Source: Capsulimonadaceae bacterium
GTDB lineage: Bacteria; Armatimonadota; Armatimonadia; Armatimonadales; Capsulimonadaceae
Assembly (NCBI GenBank): GCA_965215505.1
Contig: OZ244065.1
Span: 4,832,001-4,896,000 of the forward strand
Direction: 5' to 3'
DNA: 64,000 nt
Shown here: in pieces, positions 37,624 through 46,867 of the stretch
Position numbering within the stretch: the stretch's first letter is position 1
Layout: every line of letters starts with the position of its first letter
Notes under the pieces: model-generated
The model's database searches: none
The model's input: only the letters and a program-made list of their open reading frames with translations
Told to the model about the DNA's origin: nothing
Translations under genes and position numbers: made by a program

Positions 37624-39417
37624 ATGAACACACCCGGCGTCTTTCAGGAATACCCAACGCGGCTCGCGCTCCGGCAGGCCGAGCGGGACGCGCTCGCCCG
37701 CTTGGACAGCCGGCTGGCCGATGTCCGCCTGTACGTCGTCATCGCGGCGGGCATCGCCGCCTATCTGGCCTTCGGGCGGCACTGGTTCTCGCCCTGGCTG
37801 CTCCTTTTGTTTGCCGCAGCCTTTGCCGCCCTGATGGTCCGGCACGAGCGGGTCGCCTCCCGGCTGGCGCGCGCCAGGCGGCAGGTCGCCTTCTACGAGC
37901 AAGGAACGGCACGGCTGGAGGACCGCTGGCAGGGGAAGGGGACGGCGGGGACGCGCTTCCTGGACCCGGAACACCCTTACGCGATTGACCTGGACCTGTT
38001 CGGGGCGGGGTCACTTTTTGAGCTGCTCTGCACCGCCCGGACGAGCCTGGGCGAAGAGCGCCTGGCCTCCTGGCTGCTGGCCCCCGCCGACCCCGCCGCC
38101 CTGCGCGCCCGGCAGGCCGCCGTCGCCGAGCTTGCGCCCCGGCTGGCCCTGCGCGAAGAGCTGGCCCTGCTCGGCGGCGATCTGCGCGGCAAGATCCAGC
38201 CGGGTGCCCTGGCCGCGTGGGGCGAAACGCCGGCCCGGCTGCCCTCCCAAAACCGGCGGTGGATCGCGGGCGGTCTGGCCGCCGCCACTGTGTTAGCCGG
38301 GGGCGTGTGGGCGCTGGGGCTTGGTGCCATCCCCTTCTATGTCTGCGTGGCCCTGGGCCGCGTCTTCGACTGGCCCCTGCGCGGGCCGGTCAAGTCGGTC
38401 GTCCGGGACCTCGACGGTCCCCTGCGCGACCTGAGCCTGCTCTCCGAGATGCTGGCCCGTCTGGAGCGCGAGGCGTTCCAGTCGCCGCGCCTTCAAGAAC
38501 TACAAAAGTCCCTGCGCGTCGGCGGCGACCCGCCCTCCGCCCGTATCGCCCGCCTCCAGACGCTGGCCGGCTCGGTGGAAGTCGCCAAAAACCAGCTCCT
38601 TGCCCTGCCCGCGTCGTTTGTCTTGTGGACCACCCAGCACGCCTTCGCCATCGAGGCATGGCGCGCGTCTAACGGCCCGGCCCTGCGCGGCTGGCTGGAC
38701 GCCCTGGGCGAGTTCGAGGCCCTGAACGCCCTGGCCGGCTACGCCTACGAGCGCCCCGCCGACCCCTTCCCCGACATCGCCGACACGGGGGCGCTCTTCG
38801 AGGCCGAGGGTCTGGTCCACCCCCTGCTCCCCGCCGCCCAAGCCGTGCCGAACGACGTGACCTTGGACCGTGACCGAACCGCCCTACTGGTCGTCAGCGG
38901 CTCCAACATGTCCGGCAAGAGTACCCTCCTCCGAGCCATCGGCGTCAACGCCGTCCTCGCCTACGCGGGTGCCCCCGTCCGCGCCAACGCCCTGCGCCTG
39001 ACTCCCCTGCGGCTGGGCGCGTCCCTCCGCACCCAGGACTCGCTGCAAGGCGGCATCTCCCGCTTCTACGCCGAGATCCTGCGCCTCCGCCAGATCGCCG
39101 GTCTTGCCGAGGGCGAGCCGCCCCCGCTGCTGTTCCTGATCGACGAGATCCTGCACGGCACCAACTCCCACGACCGCCGCGTGGGGACGGAGGCCGTCGC
39201 CCGCGCCCTCGTCCGGCGGGGCGCTTTGGGCCTCATCACCACCCACGACCTCGCCCTCGCCGCCCTGACCGACGACCCCGCCCTGCGCGCCCAAAACGTC
39301 CACTTTGAAGACCAGATGACCGAGGGCCGCATGACCTTCGACTACCGCCTGCGCCCCGGCGTGGTCACCCAGAGCAATGCCATCGCCCTGATGCGCGCCG
39401 TCGGGCTGGAGGTGTGA
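37624..39417 (+). CDS. MutS-related ATPase (domain V) with TM segments
   Basis: HPYAIDLDLFG, HPLL, SGSNMSGKSTLLR, SRFYAE, DEILHGTNS, TTHDL. No mismatch-binding domain. Confidence 0.88.
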   Translation: MNTPGVFQEYPTRLALRQAERDALARLDSRLADVRLYVVIAAGIAAYLAFGRHWFSPWLLLLFAAAFAALMVRHERVASRLARARRQVAFYEQGTARLEDRWQGKGTAGTRFLDPEHPYAIDLDLFGAGSLFELLCTARTSLGEERLASWLLAPADPAALRARQAAVAELAPRLALREELALLGGDLRGKIQPGALAAWGETPARLPSQNRRWIAGGLAAATVLAGGVWALGLGAIPFYVCVALGRVFDWPLRGPVKSVVRDLDGPLRDLSLLSEMLARLEREAFQSPRLQELQKSLRVGGDPPSARIARLQTLAGSVEVAKNQLLALPASFVLWTTQHAFAIEAWRASNGPALRGWLDALGEFEALNALAGYAYERPADPFPDIADTGALFEAEGLVHPLLPAAQAVPNDVTLDRDRTALLVVSGSNMSGKSTLLRAIGVNAVLAYAGAPVRANALRLTPLRLGASLRTQDSLQGGISRFYAEILRLRQIAGLAEGEPPPLLFLIDEILHGTNSHDRRVGTEAVARALVRRGALGLITTHDLALAALTDDPALRAQNVHFEDQMTEGRMTFDYRLRPGVVTQSNAIALMRAVGLEV

Positions 39418-39440
39418 CGCGGGCCGCCCTCACCGGACGC

Positions 39441-39470
39441 TTGACAGGAGCCGCGCTCCTGTGTTATATT
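39441..39470 (+). promoter_or_regulatory. Sigma70-type promoter for the orphan secretin gene
   Basis: TTGACA, 18 bp, (TGt)TATATT. Confidence 0.6.
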
Positions 39471-39569
39471 GCATCCGTGGCGGCAAGCAGTCCCCGCGCC
39501 ACGTTCTACCCTGCACGACCATAAGACATGACTCAAAGACCTGCTCTGCCCTCTGCATGAAGGGAACAG

Positions 39570-41861
39570 ATGGTTACCAAAAATCGCTTTTTCCTGCCCG
39601 CCCTGGCCCTGACGGTCTGCGCCGGGGCTTGCCCGGCGGCGGGCGGCCCGGCACAGGCCAGGGTCAGCGTGAACAAGAGTGCGCGTGCCCGCTCGGTTCA
39701 GGCCGAAGCCGGGCCGTTCGTACTCTTCAAGACGGCGGCTAAAGAGGCCGGGAGGCACGAAGCGCCGACGGACCGGGATGGGAGGACGGACCGAGATGAG
39801 AGCGGCCCGCTCACCTCCTTGCTCCAGGCCATCGTCCCGCCGCCGATCCGGGTGGAGGTCCGGCCCAACCCCGTGGACGCAGGCCGCTACGTCGCGGTCC
39901 TGACCTCCCCCGGCCCCCAGGACACGGCGGAAGTCGTCGGCATCGTGAAGAAGGCGCAGGCCGCCGTCGGGGACAGGGTGTTCGTCGTCAGCAACATCAG
40001 GCCGCTCGCCCCGGCCATCCTCGCGCCGGCCGCCGCGCCGGTGACACTCACCTACACGCTGCGGTTCCTGCGCGGCACACTGCCCAGCGTCTCCGCGACC
40101 GACCCCGGCACCTCCGACATCACCGGGATCGGGACGGACACCGCCGCCGCCGCCCTCGCCACCTTCCTGGGTGGCGTCTTTCCTGGCGGAGATACGACCG
40201 TGACCGCGCACGAGAACCGCCTGGTCCTCGTCGGCCCCGCCGCCCACGTCAGCGCCCTGCGCCAGATGCTGGCTCTGTCTCTGGACATCCCCTCCCCGCA
40301 GGTCAGGGCCGACATCTACACCATCCAGGTCAACACGACCCCCCGCAACCGGGATCAGGCGCAGGACAAGATCGAGGAGATCGCGGCGGGCATCCAGATC
40401 GTCCGCGACTTCATCCACGGCTCCGAGGGCGGGCTTGGGGCCTACCTTGCCACGGACCGGGCGCACGTCCCGTCCGACCCCGCCGACACCGCCGAGGCCG
40501 CCGCCTTGCGGAAGAATCTCTTCGCCAAGATGGCGCTCGCCGGTTATGACAGGTCCCCGGATCGTCCCCTCAGCCTGATAGACATGCTGATCCTGCTGAC
40601 CGTCTCGGACCGGGGACGGCTCCGGCAGGAGTTGACGCCCCGCATCGGCCCCCCGCCCGCCGACCCGAAGGACTATCATCTGATAGACGGCCTTGAAGCC
40701 TCCCTGCATAACGTGGGCCGGGGGCTTGCCGCTGGGGACGGCCGGGAGGGGGTCGTCTACACGCGCCACGGCGCACAGCTCGGCAGGCTGATCGCCCGCA
40801 TCCAGGCCCAGATAGACATGGCCCGCCGGGCGGGTACGCCGGTCCCGCTGTTCAGCCGCATGGCGCGCGTCTACGCCGCGGACCCGCGCGCCAAGGCGGG
40901 CGACATGCAGGGCATGTGCGACTTCCTGGACGCCTGGCATGACTGCCAGGGGGCCTTCCTCACCGGCCCCCAGCCCGACCCGGACCACCCGGAGGTTGAC
41001 CCGCGCGAATACCCGGACCGGCTTTCGCGCCAGAGTGCGGCCACCGACCTTCTGCTCAAGGAGGCCATGGACGCCCTGACGGCGGACCTCCAGACCGTCT
41101 ACTTCCAGCCCCTCCTGGACTGGATACGCGAGGACGTGCGCGGCGGCCACGCCGGCAGCACCGGCATTGACCTGGTGGGAATGACGAGCCTCACCGTCCG
41201 CGACCGGACGCTGGGCGAGACGAAAGGGACTGCCGAGTCCTATTTCAAGTTCACGCCCATCCCCCATTTGACGATGGACTCGCTGACCGGGGCCAAGACC
41301 CTCGCCGGCAGCACGCCCGCCACCGCCCTCGGCGCGCTGACCCCCCTCCAAGCGCTCGCCCTCGAGGCCGCGCTCAGTGAGGACGCCGCCGTGCCCTCCT
41401 ACCGCAAGATCGCGCCGGGCACGAGCCTCGCCATCCGGCCTTTCGTCCTGCCCGACGGCGGCTCGGCCCGCGTCCAGATGAGCCTGTCCTCCACCGCCGC
41501 CGCCGACCCCCCGGCGGCGGGCGGGCGCGACATCCCCTTCGACGGCATCACGAGCCACACGGTGACGACCGAGGCGACCATCAGCGCCTTCGACCTGCAA
41601 ACGGTCTCCTCGTTCGGCGTCCAGACCAGCGCGCCGGGGGACTACTCGTGGCGCATCCCCCTCCTGGACCAGCTCCCCCTCCTGGGCGAACTGTTCCACG
41701 GCCCGCGCGGCCGGGACACGGAGCGCCAGGACAGCATCGCCATCGTGAGCCTGACCATCCTGCCCCGCTCGCTCGACCTCGTCCCCTACTATGTGGACCA
41801 GGCCGCGATCAACAAGGCGGCGAAGGACAGAGCGGCGGCAACCGGGGGGGCCGGCCGGTAA
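39570..41861 (+). CDS. Divergent secretin-like protein
   Basis: Signal peptide, N-domain-like NRLVLVGP...LDIPSPQV, C-terminal LAIRPFVLPDG...WRIPLLDQLPLLGELF...SLTILP. Confidence 0.65.
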   Translation: MVTKNRFFLPALALTVCAGACPAAGGPAQARVSVNKSARARSVQAEAGPFVLFKTAAKEAGRHEAPTDRDGRTDRDESGPLTSLLQAIVPPPIRVEVRPNPVDAGRYVAVLTSPGPQDTAEVVGIVKKAQAAVGDRVFVVSNIRPLAPAILAPAAAPVTLTYTLRFLRGTLPSVSATDPGTSDITGIGTDTAAAALATFLGGVFPGGDTTVTAHENRLVLVGPAAHVSALRQMLALSLDIPSPQVRADIYTIQVNTTPRNRDQAQDKIEEIAAGIQIVRDFIHGSEGGLGAYLATDRAHVPSDPADTAEAAALRKNLFAKMALAGYDRSPDRPLSLIDMLILLTVSDRGRLRQELTPRIGPPPADPKDYHLIDGLEASLHNVGRGLAAGDGREGVVYTRHGAQLGRLIARIQAQIDMARRAGTPVPLFSRMARVYAADPRAKAGDMQGMCDFLDAWHDCQGAFLTGPQPDPDHPEVDPREYPDRLSRQSAATDLLLKEAMDALTADLQTVYFQPLLDWIREDVRGGHAGSTGIDLVGMTSLTVRDRTLGETKGTAESYFKFTPIPHLTMDSLTGAKTLAGSTPATALGALTPLQALALEAALSEDAAVPSYRKIAPGTSLAIRPFVLPDGGSARVQMSLSSTAAADPPAAGGRDIPFDGITSHTVTTEATISAFDLQTVSSFGVQTSAPGDYSWRIPLLDQLPLLGELFHGPRGRDTERQDSIAIVSLTILPRSLDLVPYYVDQAAINKAAKDRAAATGGAGR

Positions 41862-41938
41862 CCACGGCCGCGAGGCGGCCCCCACTCTTCTGCTCGGCTG
41901 AACGGCGGCCCAGGCCGCGAGGAACGGTGACAAATCCC

Positions 41939-44884
41939 ATGGCTGTTTACATTGAACCCGTCAAGTCCGGACCCAAGAAGCTTGATCCGCTCGCCCGGTT
42001 TCGCGGCCCGCAGTGGCGGCACGGACTCTGGCTAGTGGCCCTCCTCCTCTGCGCCCTCGCTTTCGTCTGGGAGTGGATCTGGCTCGATAACCTCCCCACG
42101 GCGCTCACCGAACTCCAGTACGCGGGAAACCAGAACACGGCGCGTCAGGTCATGGACGCCTGGGCGGAGGTCGGCGTCACGCCGGACCGCATCCTGTACG
42201 CCGTCCTGCTGGATATCCCCGGCCTCCTGCTGACCGGGGCCGCCCTGGCCTGGGCCGCCAAGCGCGCCGAGCCGTACTTCCGCGACGGCGCCCACGAGTG
42301 GAAAAACTACGTCATCGGCGGTGCCGTGTTCGCGGCCGGCTGCGGGCTGATCGGCGACCTCACCTTGTGCGTCTTCCTCTCGGACCCCTTAAAGCACCCG
42401 GCGGCCCTCCCGTGGGTCTTCTTCTGGATCACCCTGAAGACGTTCCTGTTCAGCGCCGCCGCCCTCTACGCCGCCTCCGGCTTCGGACAGTCCTGGCGGG
42501 CGGGCGGCTTCCGGGACGCCACGCGCGCCTGCGGCTTCAGCCTCTTCGCCGCCCTGGTCGGGCCGGGGCTGCTGGCGTTCGGGCACCAAGGGACGGCCAT
42601 CTTTGACTCCGTCACCAGTCCCATCCTGTACCGGTCGGCGCTGCTGGCGACCCTCTTCTTCTCCCTGATGTGCTGGGGGGCGGCCCGATATGCCGTCACC
42701 TACAAAGAAAAAGAAAAGGCAAAGATCGGCGGCGCGGGCGACCGGACCCCGAGGGCGGAAAAAGTCTCTTCCTTCTTCCGTTCACTCGTCGTCCCCACGG
42801 AGACGACCGGGCGGAGTGACCCAGGAGCGGGCGGCCGGCAGGCTTACGACCGGAAGAAATACGTCCACGAAGCGGGACGGGAAGAGGAGGGCGCGGCGGC
42901 ATGGAAGAAAGGGTGGGCGGAGGGCGAAGACTGGATTCCCCGCTTCTGCGGCCTCGCCCCCTCGCTTTTAATCATCCTGCTCATCCTGCTCGCCGATCCC
43001 ACCGAGCTTCAGAGCAAAGGCAGCGCCAAAGGCGTGGCCGCCGTCGGCGCTCTGGTGGCGCTGATCCTCTGGATTCATGCGTTCGTCCGCAAAGGCCGTG
43101 CCGGCAGAGCCGGAGTCAAGCGCCTCGCGCTGTTTGATTTCTACTTCTACCGCGCAACCGTCTTCCTCGGGGCCGTGTTTATCCTTTCGGGCTGCTTCGG
43201 CAGCCGGGCTTTGACCTATCTGACACTCGATCTCCTCGGCGGGACCGGACCCCTGGCGGCCTGGTTCTTCAGTTTCTCCCTGCTCGTGCCCGGCTTCACC
43301 TACCTCGTCACGGCGGGCCGGAGATACGGCAAGCCGTTCCTGGCCCTGGTCCTGGCCTACGGGTTCCTGATCAACGCCGCCGACCTCAACGACGACCACG
43401 GTGTGCGCTACAAGGAGCTTCCGTACACGCCGCGAGCGGACGGCAGTACGGCCCCGCCCGACCTGAAGGCGCTCAACCGGGCCTTCGACGACTGGCTCGG
43501 CTCCGACCAGAGAGTGGCGCGCTGGAAGGAGCGTCATGCCGGCCAGCCTTACCCGGTGGTCTTCGTAGCGGCGGCGGGCGGCGGCATCGTCGCCGGCGGC
43601 GTCCTGACCGCGACCATGGCGGAGCTGAGTCGGAACAAGAATACTCCCGGCACCGAGGACCATCTGTTCGCCATCAGCGGCGTCTCCGGCGGCAGCCTCG
43701 GAGCGGTCACTTATGCCTCCCTGCGCGGGATCAATGCCAAAGGCGCCGCCCGCTACGATTTCAGCGCGGACGCCAAGAACGTGCTGACCAGCGACATGCT
43801 CTCGCCGACCGTGGCGGCGCTGTTCGGCCCCGAGATGGTCCAGCGCTTCCTCCCCTTCGCCGTCCCGAACTTCCGGGACCGCAGGGACGGCTACAAGAAC
43901 GGGTTCGCCCTGGACCGGGGGCGCGACCTAGAACTGGCCTTCGAGCAGGCCCTGGACCGGCAGACGCCCGGCGTGGCCTCGGCGCGGGCGGAGTCGATGC
44001 TCTCGGCCTATCCCCGCCCCTGCGAGGCGAGCCACCTGCCTGCACTGTTCCTCAACACCACCTGCGTCGAAACCGGGCAGCGCATGGTCATCTCCACCCT
44101 GCACCCCGACGCGGTTCCGGACGATCTGCGCCGGCTGGACGGCGTACCGGCACCCGGACCGGACGGCGACTGGCCCCTCCCGTTCGAGACGCTCTACGAC
44201 GTGAACCCGCTCGTGGACCTGCCGCTCACCACGGCGGCCTGCCTCTCCGCCCGGTTCCCGGTCGTCTCCCCGCCCGCCTCCCTGCCGCAGTGGCGCAGCC
44301 AGCCGGTCCAGGGCGCGGCCGGCGACTCGCTCTACCCACTGACCGTCAAGCGCCGCTATGTGGACGGCGGCTACTATGAGAACAGCGGCGTCGAGACGGC
44401 CATGGATGTCATTGACGCCCTACAGCGTCAGGATGGGTTGCGGAAGAGGGCGGCCCGGCACCTCGACTGGCGGCCCGTGCTGCTCTCGGTCCATATGAAC
44501 GGCACCGACAGCGCCGGCCAGTTCGCCCGCGACGACCTCTCCGGCGGGGCCGTGGACGGGCTGAAGGGGACTGCCCTCAGCCCGCGCCGCGCCGCCGGAT
44601 TCGATGAGGTCCTCGGCCCGGCGAACGCCTTCTTCAACGGGTGGGGCGGCCCCGCGCGCCCCCAACTGATGCGCGCCCGCCGCCGCCTGCACGCGCCGAA
44701 CGGCAAGAGCGACTTCATCGAGATGCCCTTTCCCCACCCGGTTATCCTGAGCTGGTATCTCTCCAAGGCACAATACGGCACCCTCCAGACGCAGGCCCGA
44801 GTCCTGCTGAACGGCCGCCAGGGCCGCCGCCTGCGCGACATCCTGGCGACCCCGCCGGCGGAAGGACCGGCGGCGCGTCCCTAG
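41939..44884 (+). CDS. Polytopic membrane protein with C-terminal patatin-like phospholipase domain
   Basis: About ten or more TM segments, then VAAAGGG, AISGVSGGSLG, NTTCVETG, SARFP, YVDGGYYENSG. Confidence 0.8.
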   Translation: MAVYIEPVKSGPKKLDPLARFRGPQWRHGLWLVALLLCALAFVWEWIWLDNLPTALTELQYAGNQNTARQVMDAWAEVGVTPDRILYAVLLDIPGLLLTGAALAWAAKRAEPYFRDGAHEWKNYVIGGAVFAAGCGLIGDLTLCVFLSDPLKHPAALPWVFFWITLKTFLFSAAALYAASGFGQSWRAGGFRDATRACGFSLFAALVGPGLLAFGHQGTAIFDSVTSPILYRSALLATLFFSLMCWGAARYAVTYKEKEKAKIGGAGDRTPRAEKVSSFFRSLVVPTETTGRSDPGAGGRQAYDRKKYVHEAGREEEGAAAWKKGWAEGEDWIPRFCGLAPSLLIILLILLADPTELQSKGSAKGVAAVGALVALILWIHAFVRKGRAGRAGVKRLALFDFYFYRATVFLGAVFILSGCFGSRALTYLTLDLLGGTGPLAAWFFSFSLLVPGFTYLVTAGRRYGKPFLALVLAYGFLINAADLNDDHGVRYKELPYTPRADGSTAPPDLKALNRAFDDWLGSDQRVARWKERHAGQPYPVVFVAAAGGGIVAGGVLTATMAELSRNKNTPGTEDHLFAISGVSGGSLGAVTYASLRGINAKGAARYDFSADAKNVLTSDMLSPTVAALFGPEMVQRFLPFAVPNFRDRRDGYKNGFALDRGRDLELAFEQALDRQTPGVASARAESMLSAYPRPCEASHLPALFLNTTCVETGQRMVISTLHPDAVPDDLRRLDGVPAPGPDGDWPLPFETLYDVNPLVDLPLTTAACLSARFPVVSPPASLPQWRSQPVQGAAGDSLYPLTVKRRYVDGGYYENSGVETAMDVIDALQRQDGLRKRAARHLDWRPVLLSVHMNGTDSAGQFARDDLSGGAVDGLKGTALSPRRAAGFDEVLGPANAFFNGWGGPARPQLMRARRRLHAPNGKSDFIEMPFPHPVILSWYLSKAQYGTLQTQARVLLNGRQGRRLRDILATPPAEGPAARP

Positions 44885-44909
44885 CGGGACATGGCCCCCG
44901 GCGGGGGCC

Positions 44910-44939
44910 TTGACAGCCCCCGCCCCCGCGCGCTATAAT
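44910..44939 (+). promoter_or_regulatory. Consensus sigma70 promoter
   Basis: TTGACA (44910-44915), 18 bp, TATAAT (44934-44939). Confidence 0.85.
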
Positions 44940-45059
44940 CACCCCATCTTCCGAGGCCGCGACCGCCTCCGCCTTGGCCGCAGAAAGGAGTGCCCACCCG
45001 TCCCGCGCCGATTACCTCGACACGCTTCATCCCCGCACTGACCCGTCCGCACGACTCGC

Positions 45060-45102
45060 GCCGACCCTTGCCTCCTGTGGCGACCGGGCCGGCTTTTTGT
45101 TT
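45060..45102 (+). terminator. Terminator-like hairpin within the 5' leader (possible attenuator)
   Basis: gccgaccc-ttgcc...ggcga-cc-gggccggc followed by tttttgttt, about 60 nt before the CDS. Confidence 0.6.
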
Positions 45103-45162
45103 GACTCCCTCCGGCGGGGCCGCTGACGCCCCAGGGGCGCTGAGACCGCCCTACCACTCCCC

Positions 45163-46002
45163 ATGACCACTGTTATTTCCCCGCTCGCGCCGCGCGTCAA
45201 GACCTGGGAGGACGCCCGGCTCCAGTCCGTCCGCGCCCTCGGCAGACGGTCCGAGCGCGACCGCACACAGACGTTTTTCGCCGAGGGCCTGCGCTCCGTC
45301 GGCCAGGCCGTGGCCCAGGACGCGCAGATCGAGGCCGTCCAGGTCGTCCCCAAGACCCTGGATCACCCGTTCGGGCTGCGCCTGTGGAGGCAGCTAGAGC
45401 GGAAGGGCGTTCCCATCTGGGAGGTCACGCCCGAGCTTTTCCTGCGCCTGTCCCGCGCCGAGGAAGCCCAGTGGATCGGGGCCGTCGTCCGCCAGAGGTG
45501 GGACACGCCGGAGCGCGCGGCGGCCTCAACGGGCCTATGCTGGGTCGCCCCCGACGAGGTCCATTCGCCCGGCAACCTGGGGACGATCCTGCGGACGGGC
45601 GACGCCGTGGGCGCATCGGGACTGATCCTGATCGGCGACGCCGTGGACCCCTACGATCCCGCCTGCGTCCGCGCGACGATGGGGGCGATCTTCGCCCAGC
45701 GTCTCGTCCGCGTCTCGCCGCGTGACTTCGCCGCCTGGAAGCGGCGGGCCGGATTTCACCTGGTGGGCACGTCCCCCCACGCCGCCCTCGACTATCAGGC
45801 CGTTTCCTATCCGGCCGGGACCGTCCTGCTGATGGGCGGCGAGCGGAAAGGGCTGTCGGAGGACCGGCAGCGGCTGTGCGACGATCTGGTCCGCCTCCCG
45901 ATGGTCGGGCAGAGCGACTCGCTCAACCTCGCCGTCGCGACCGGCGTCCTCTTGTACGAGGTCTTCAGCCGGCGGCGCGGCAATGGCGGGCAGAGTGGGT
46001 AA
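45163..46002 (+). CDS. TrmH/SpoU family RNA 2'-O-methyltransferase (TsnR/AviRb-like architecture)
   Basis: FFAEG, PGNLGTILRT, RATMGA, MGGERKGLS, LPMVGQSDSLNLAVATG. Confidence 0.92.
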   Translation: MTTVISPLAPRVKTWEDARLQSVRALGRRSERDRTQTFFAEGLRSVGQAVAQDAQIEAVQVVPKTLDHPFGLRLWRQLERKGVPIWEVTPELFLRLSRAEEAQWIGAVVRQRWDTPERAAASTGLCWVAPDEVHSPGNLGTILRTGDAVGASGLILIGDAVDPYDPACVRATMGAIFAQRLVRVSPRDFAAWKRRAGFHLVGTSPHAALDYQAVSYPAGTVLLMGGERKGLSEDRQRLCDDLVRLPMVGQSDSLNLAVATGVLLYEVFSRRRGNGGQSG

Positions 46003-46039
46003 GAGGGGGTGAGAATTTAACACAGGAGGGCCACGCCCC

Positions 46040-46354
46040 ATGCCGGCAGACGCGGAAACACGGGAAAGGATCGAGGAGATCCTGACCGACACCTATGACG
46101 AGTACGAACAACTGAGCGCCTGGGAAGTGGCGTTCCAGGATGAGGTCCAGACGCCCTTCCCCGCCACCCTCTCCGGCACCGCCGTCGAGGTACAGGGGTT
46201 CCAGGCCGAGGATGAAGGCACCCTGCAATGTCTGGTCGTCGGCCAGGGAAAAAAGCGCTGGATCGGCATCGAAGACCTGGACCCGAAGGGGCTGCCGGAC
46301 GACTTCGCGGACATCCTCGGCCTGTACCAGATCTGGCTATCCCAGGACTATTGA
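46040..46354 (+). CDS. Acidic small protein, CcbP/calcium-binding-like
   Basis: AGGAGG SD and IEEILTDTYDEYEQ..W......PFPA pattern. Family call from memory. Confidence 0.55.
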   Translation: MPADAETRERIEEILTDTYDEYEQLSAWEVAFQDEVQTPFPATLSGTAVEVQGFQAEDEGTLQCLVVGQGKKRWIGIEDLDPKGLPDDFADILGLYQIWLSQDY

Positions 46355-46516
46355 GCGAAAACGCGCCGGTGCCTCAGTTCACACGCGGGGTGTGTCCTTT
46401 GTCACACAAGGCGGCCCCTCTACGGCGTATACTAGGGACAACCGGGCGCGCAGCGCCACCCGACAGCGGGCCGCCCGGAATCCCAAGTCTCGTTCACGCC
46501 CAAGTGGAGGATTTTT

Positions 46517-46867
46517 ATGGCACTACAGTTGACTCTGGAGCGGATCGCTTTCAACAACGACACCGATGCATCCGGCCTGTGGCAATATGAGGGCGGCAGG
46601 GCGCTCGACCAGGAAAAACGGCACGTCGCCGACTACGCCGTCACCCGGCGCGTCGCCAAAGGCGGCACCGACGACCAGAACACCGCCATGCTGACGATGA
46701 CGCTGTTCTTCCTCGGCAAAAATCCGCCCGAGAACGTCACCGTGCAGGGATCGCACGACTTCAACTCCGGCGGCGAAACCGGCAGTGCCAGTGCCGCATC
46801 CCCCGCCTTCGCCGCCCACATCGGCAAGCCGTTCACCCGCACCGGCAATACCGTCACCATCGGCTGA
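46517..46867 (+). CDS. Hypothetical beta-rich protein
   Basis: Strong GGAGG SD, 116 aa, typical codon usage. Confidence 0.7.
   Translation: MALQLTLERIAFNNDTDASGLWQYEGGRALDQEKRHVADYAVTRRVAKGGTDDQNTAMLTMTLFFLGKNPPENVTVQGSHDFNSGGETGSASAASPAFAAHIGKPFTRTGNTVTIG

Noticed and set aside
37624-39417. Canonical mismatch-repair mutS
   Set aside because: Only the ATPase domain with TM segments is present, so the gene symbol is withheld.
39342-41933. 863-aa minus-strand ORF
   Set aside because: Antisense to the secretin-like gene, which has the promoter, signal peptide and motifs.
44940-45160. tRNA or known riboswitch in the long leader
   Set aside because: No cloverleaf, T-loop or recognisable aptamer consensus. 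Kept only as an attenuator candidate.
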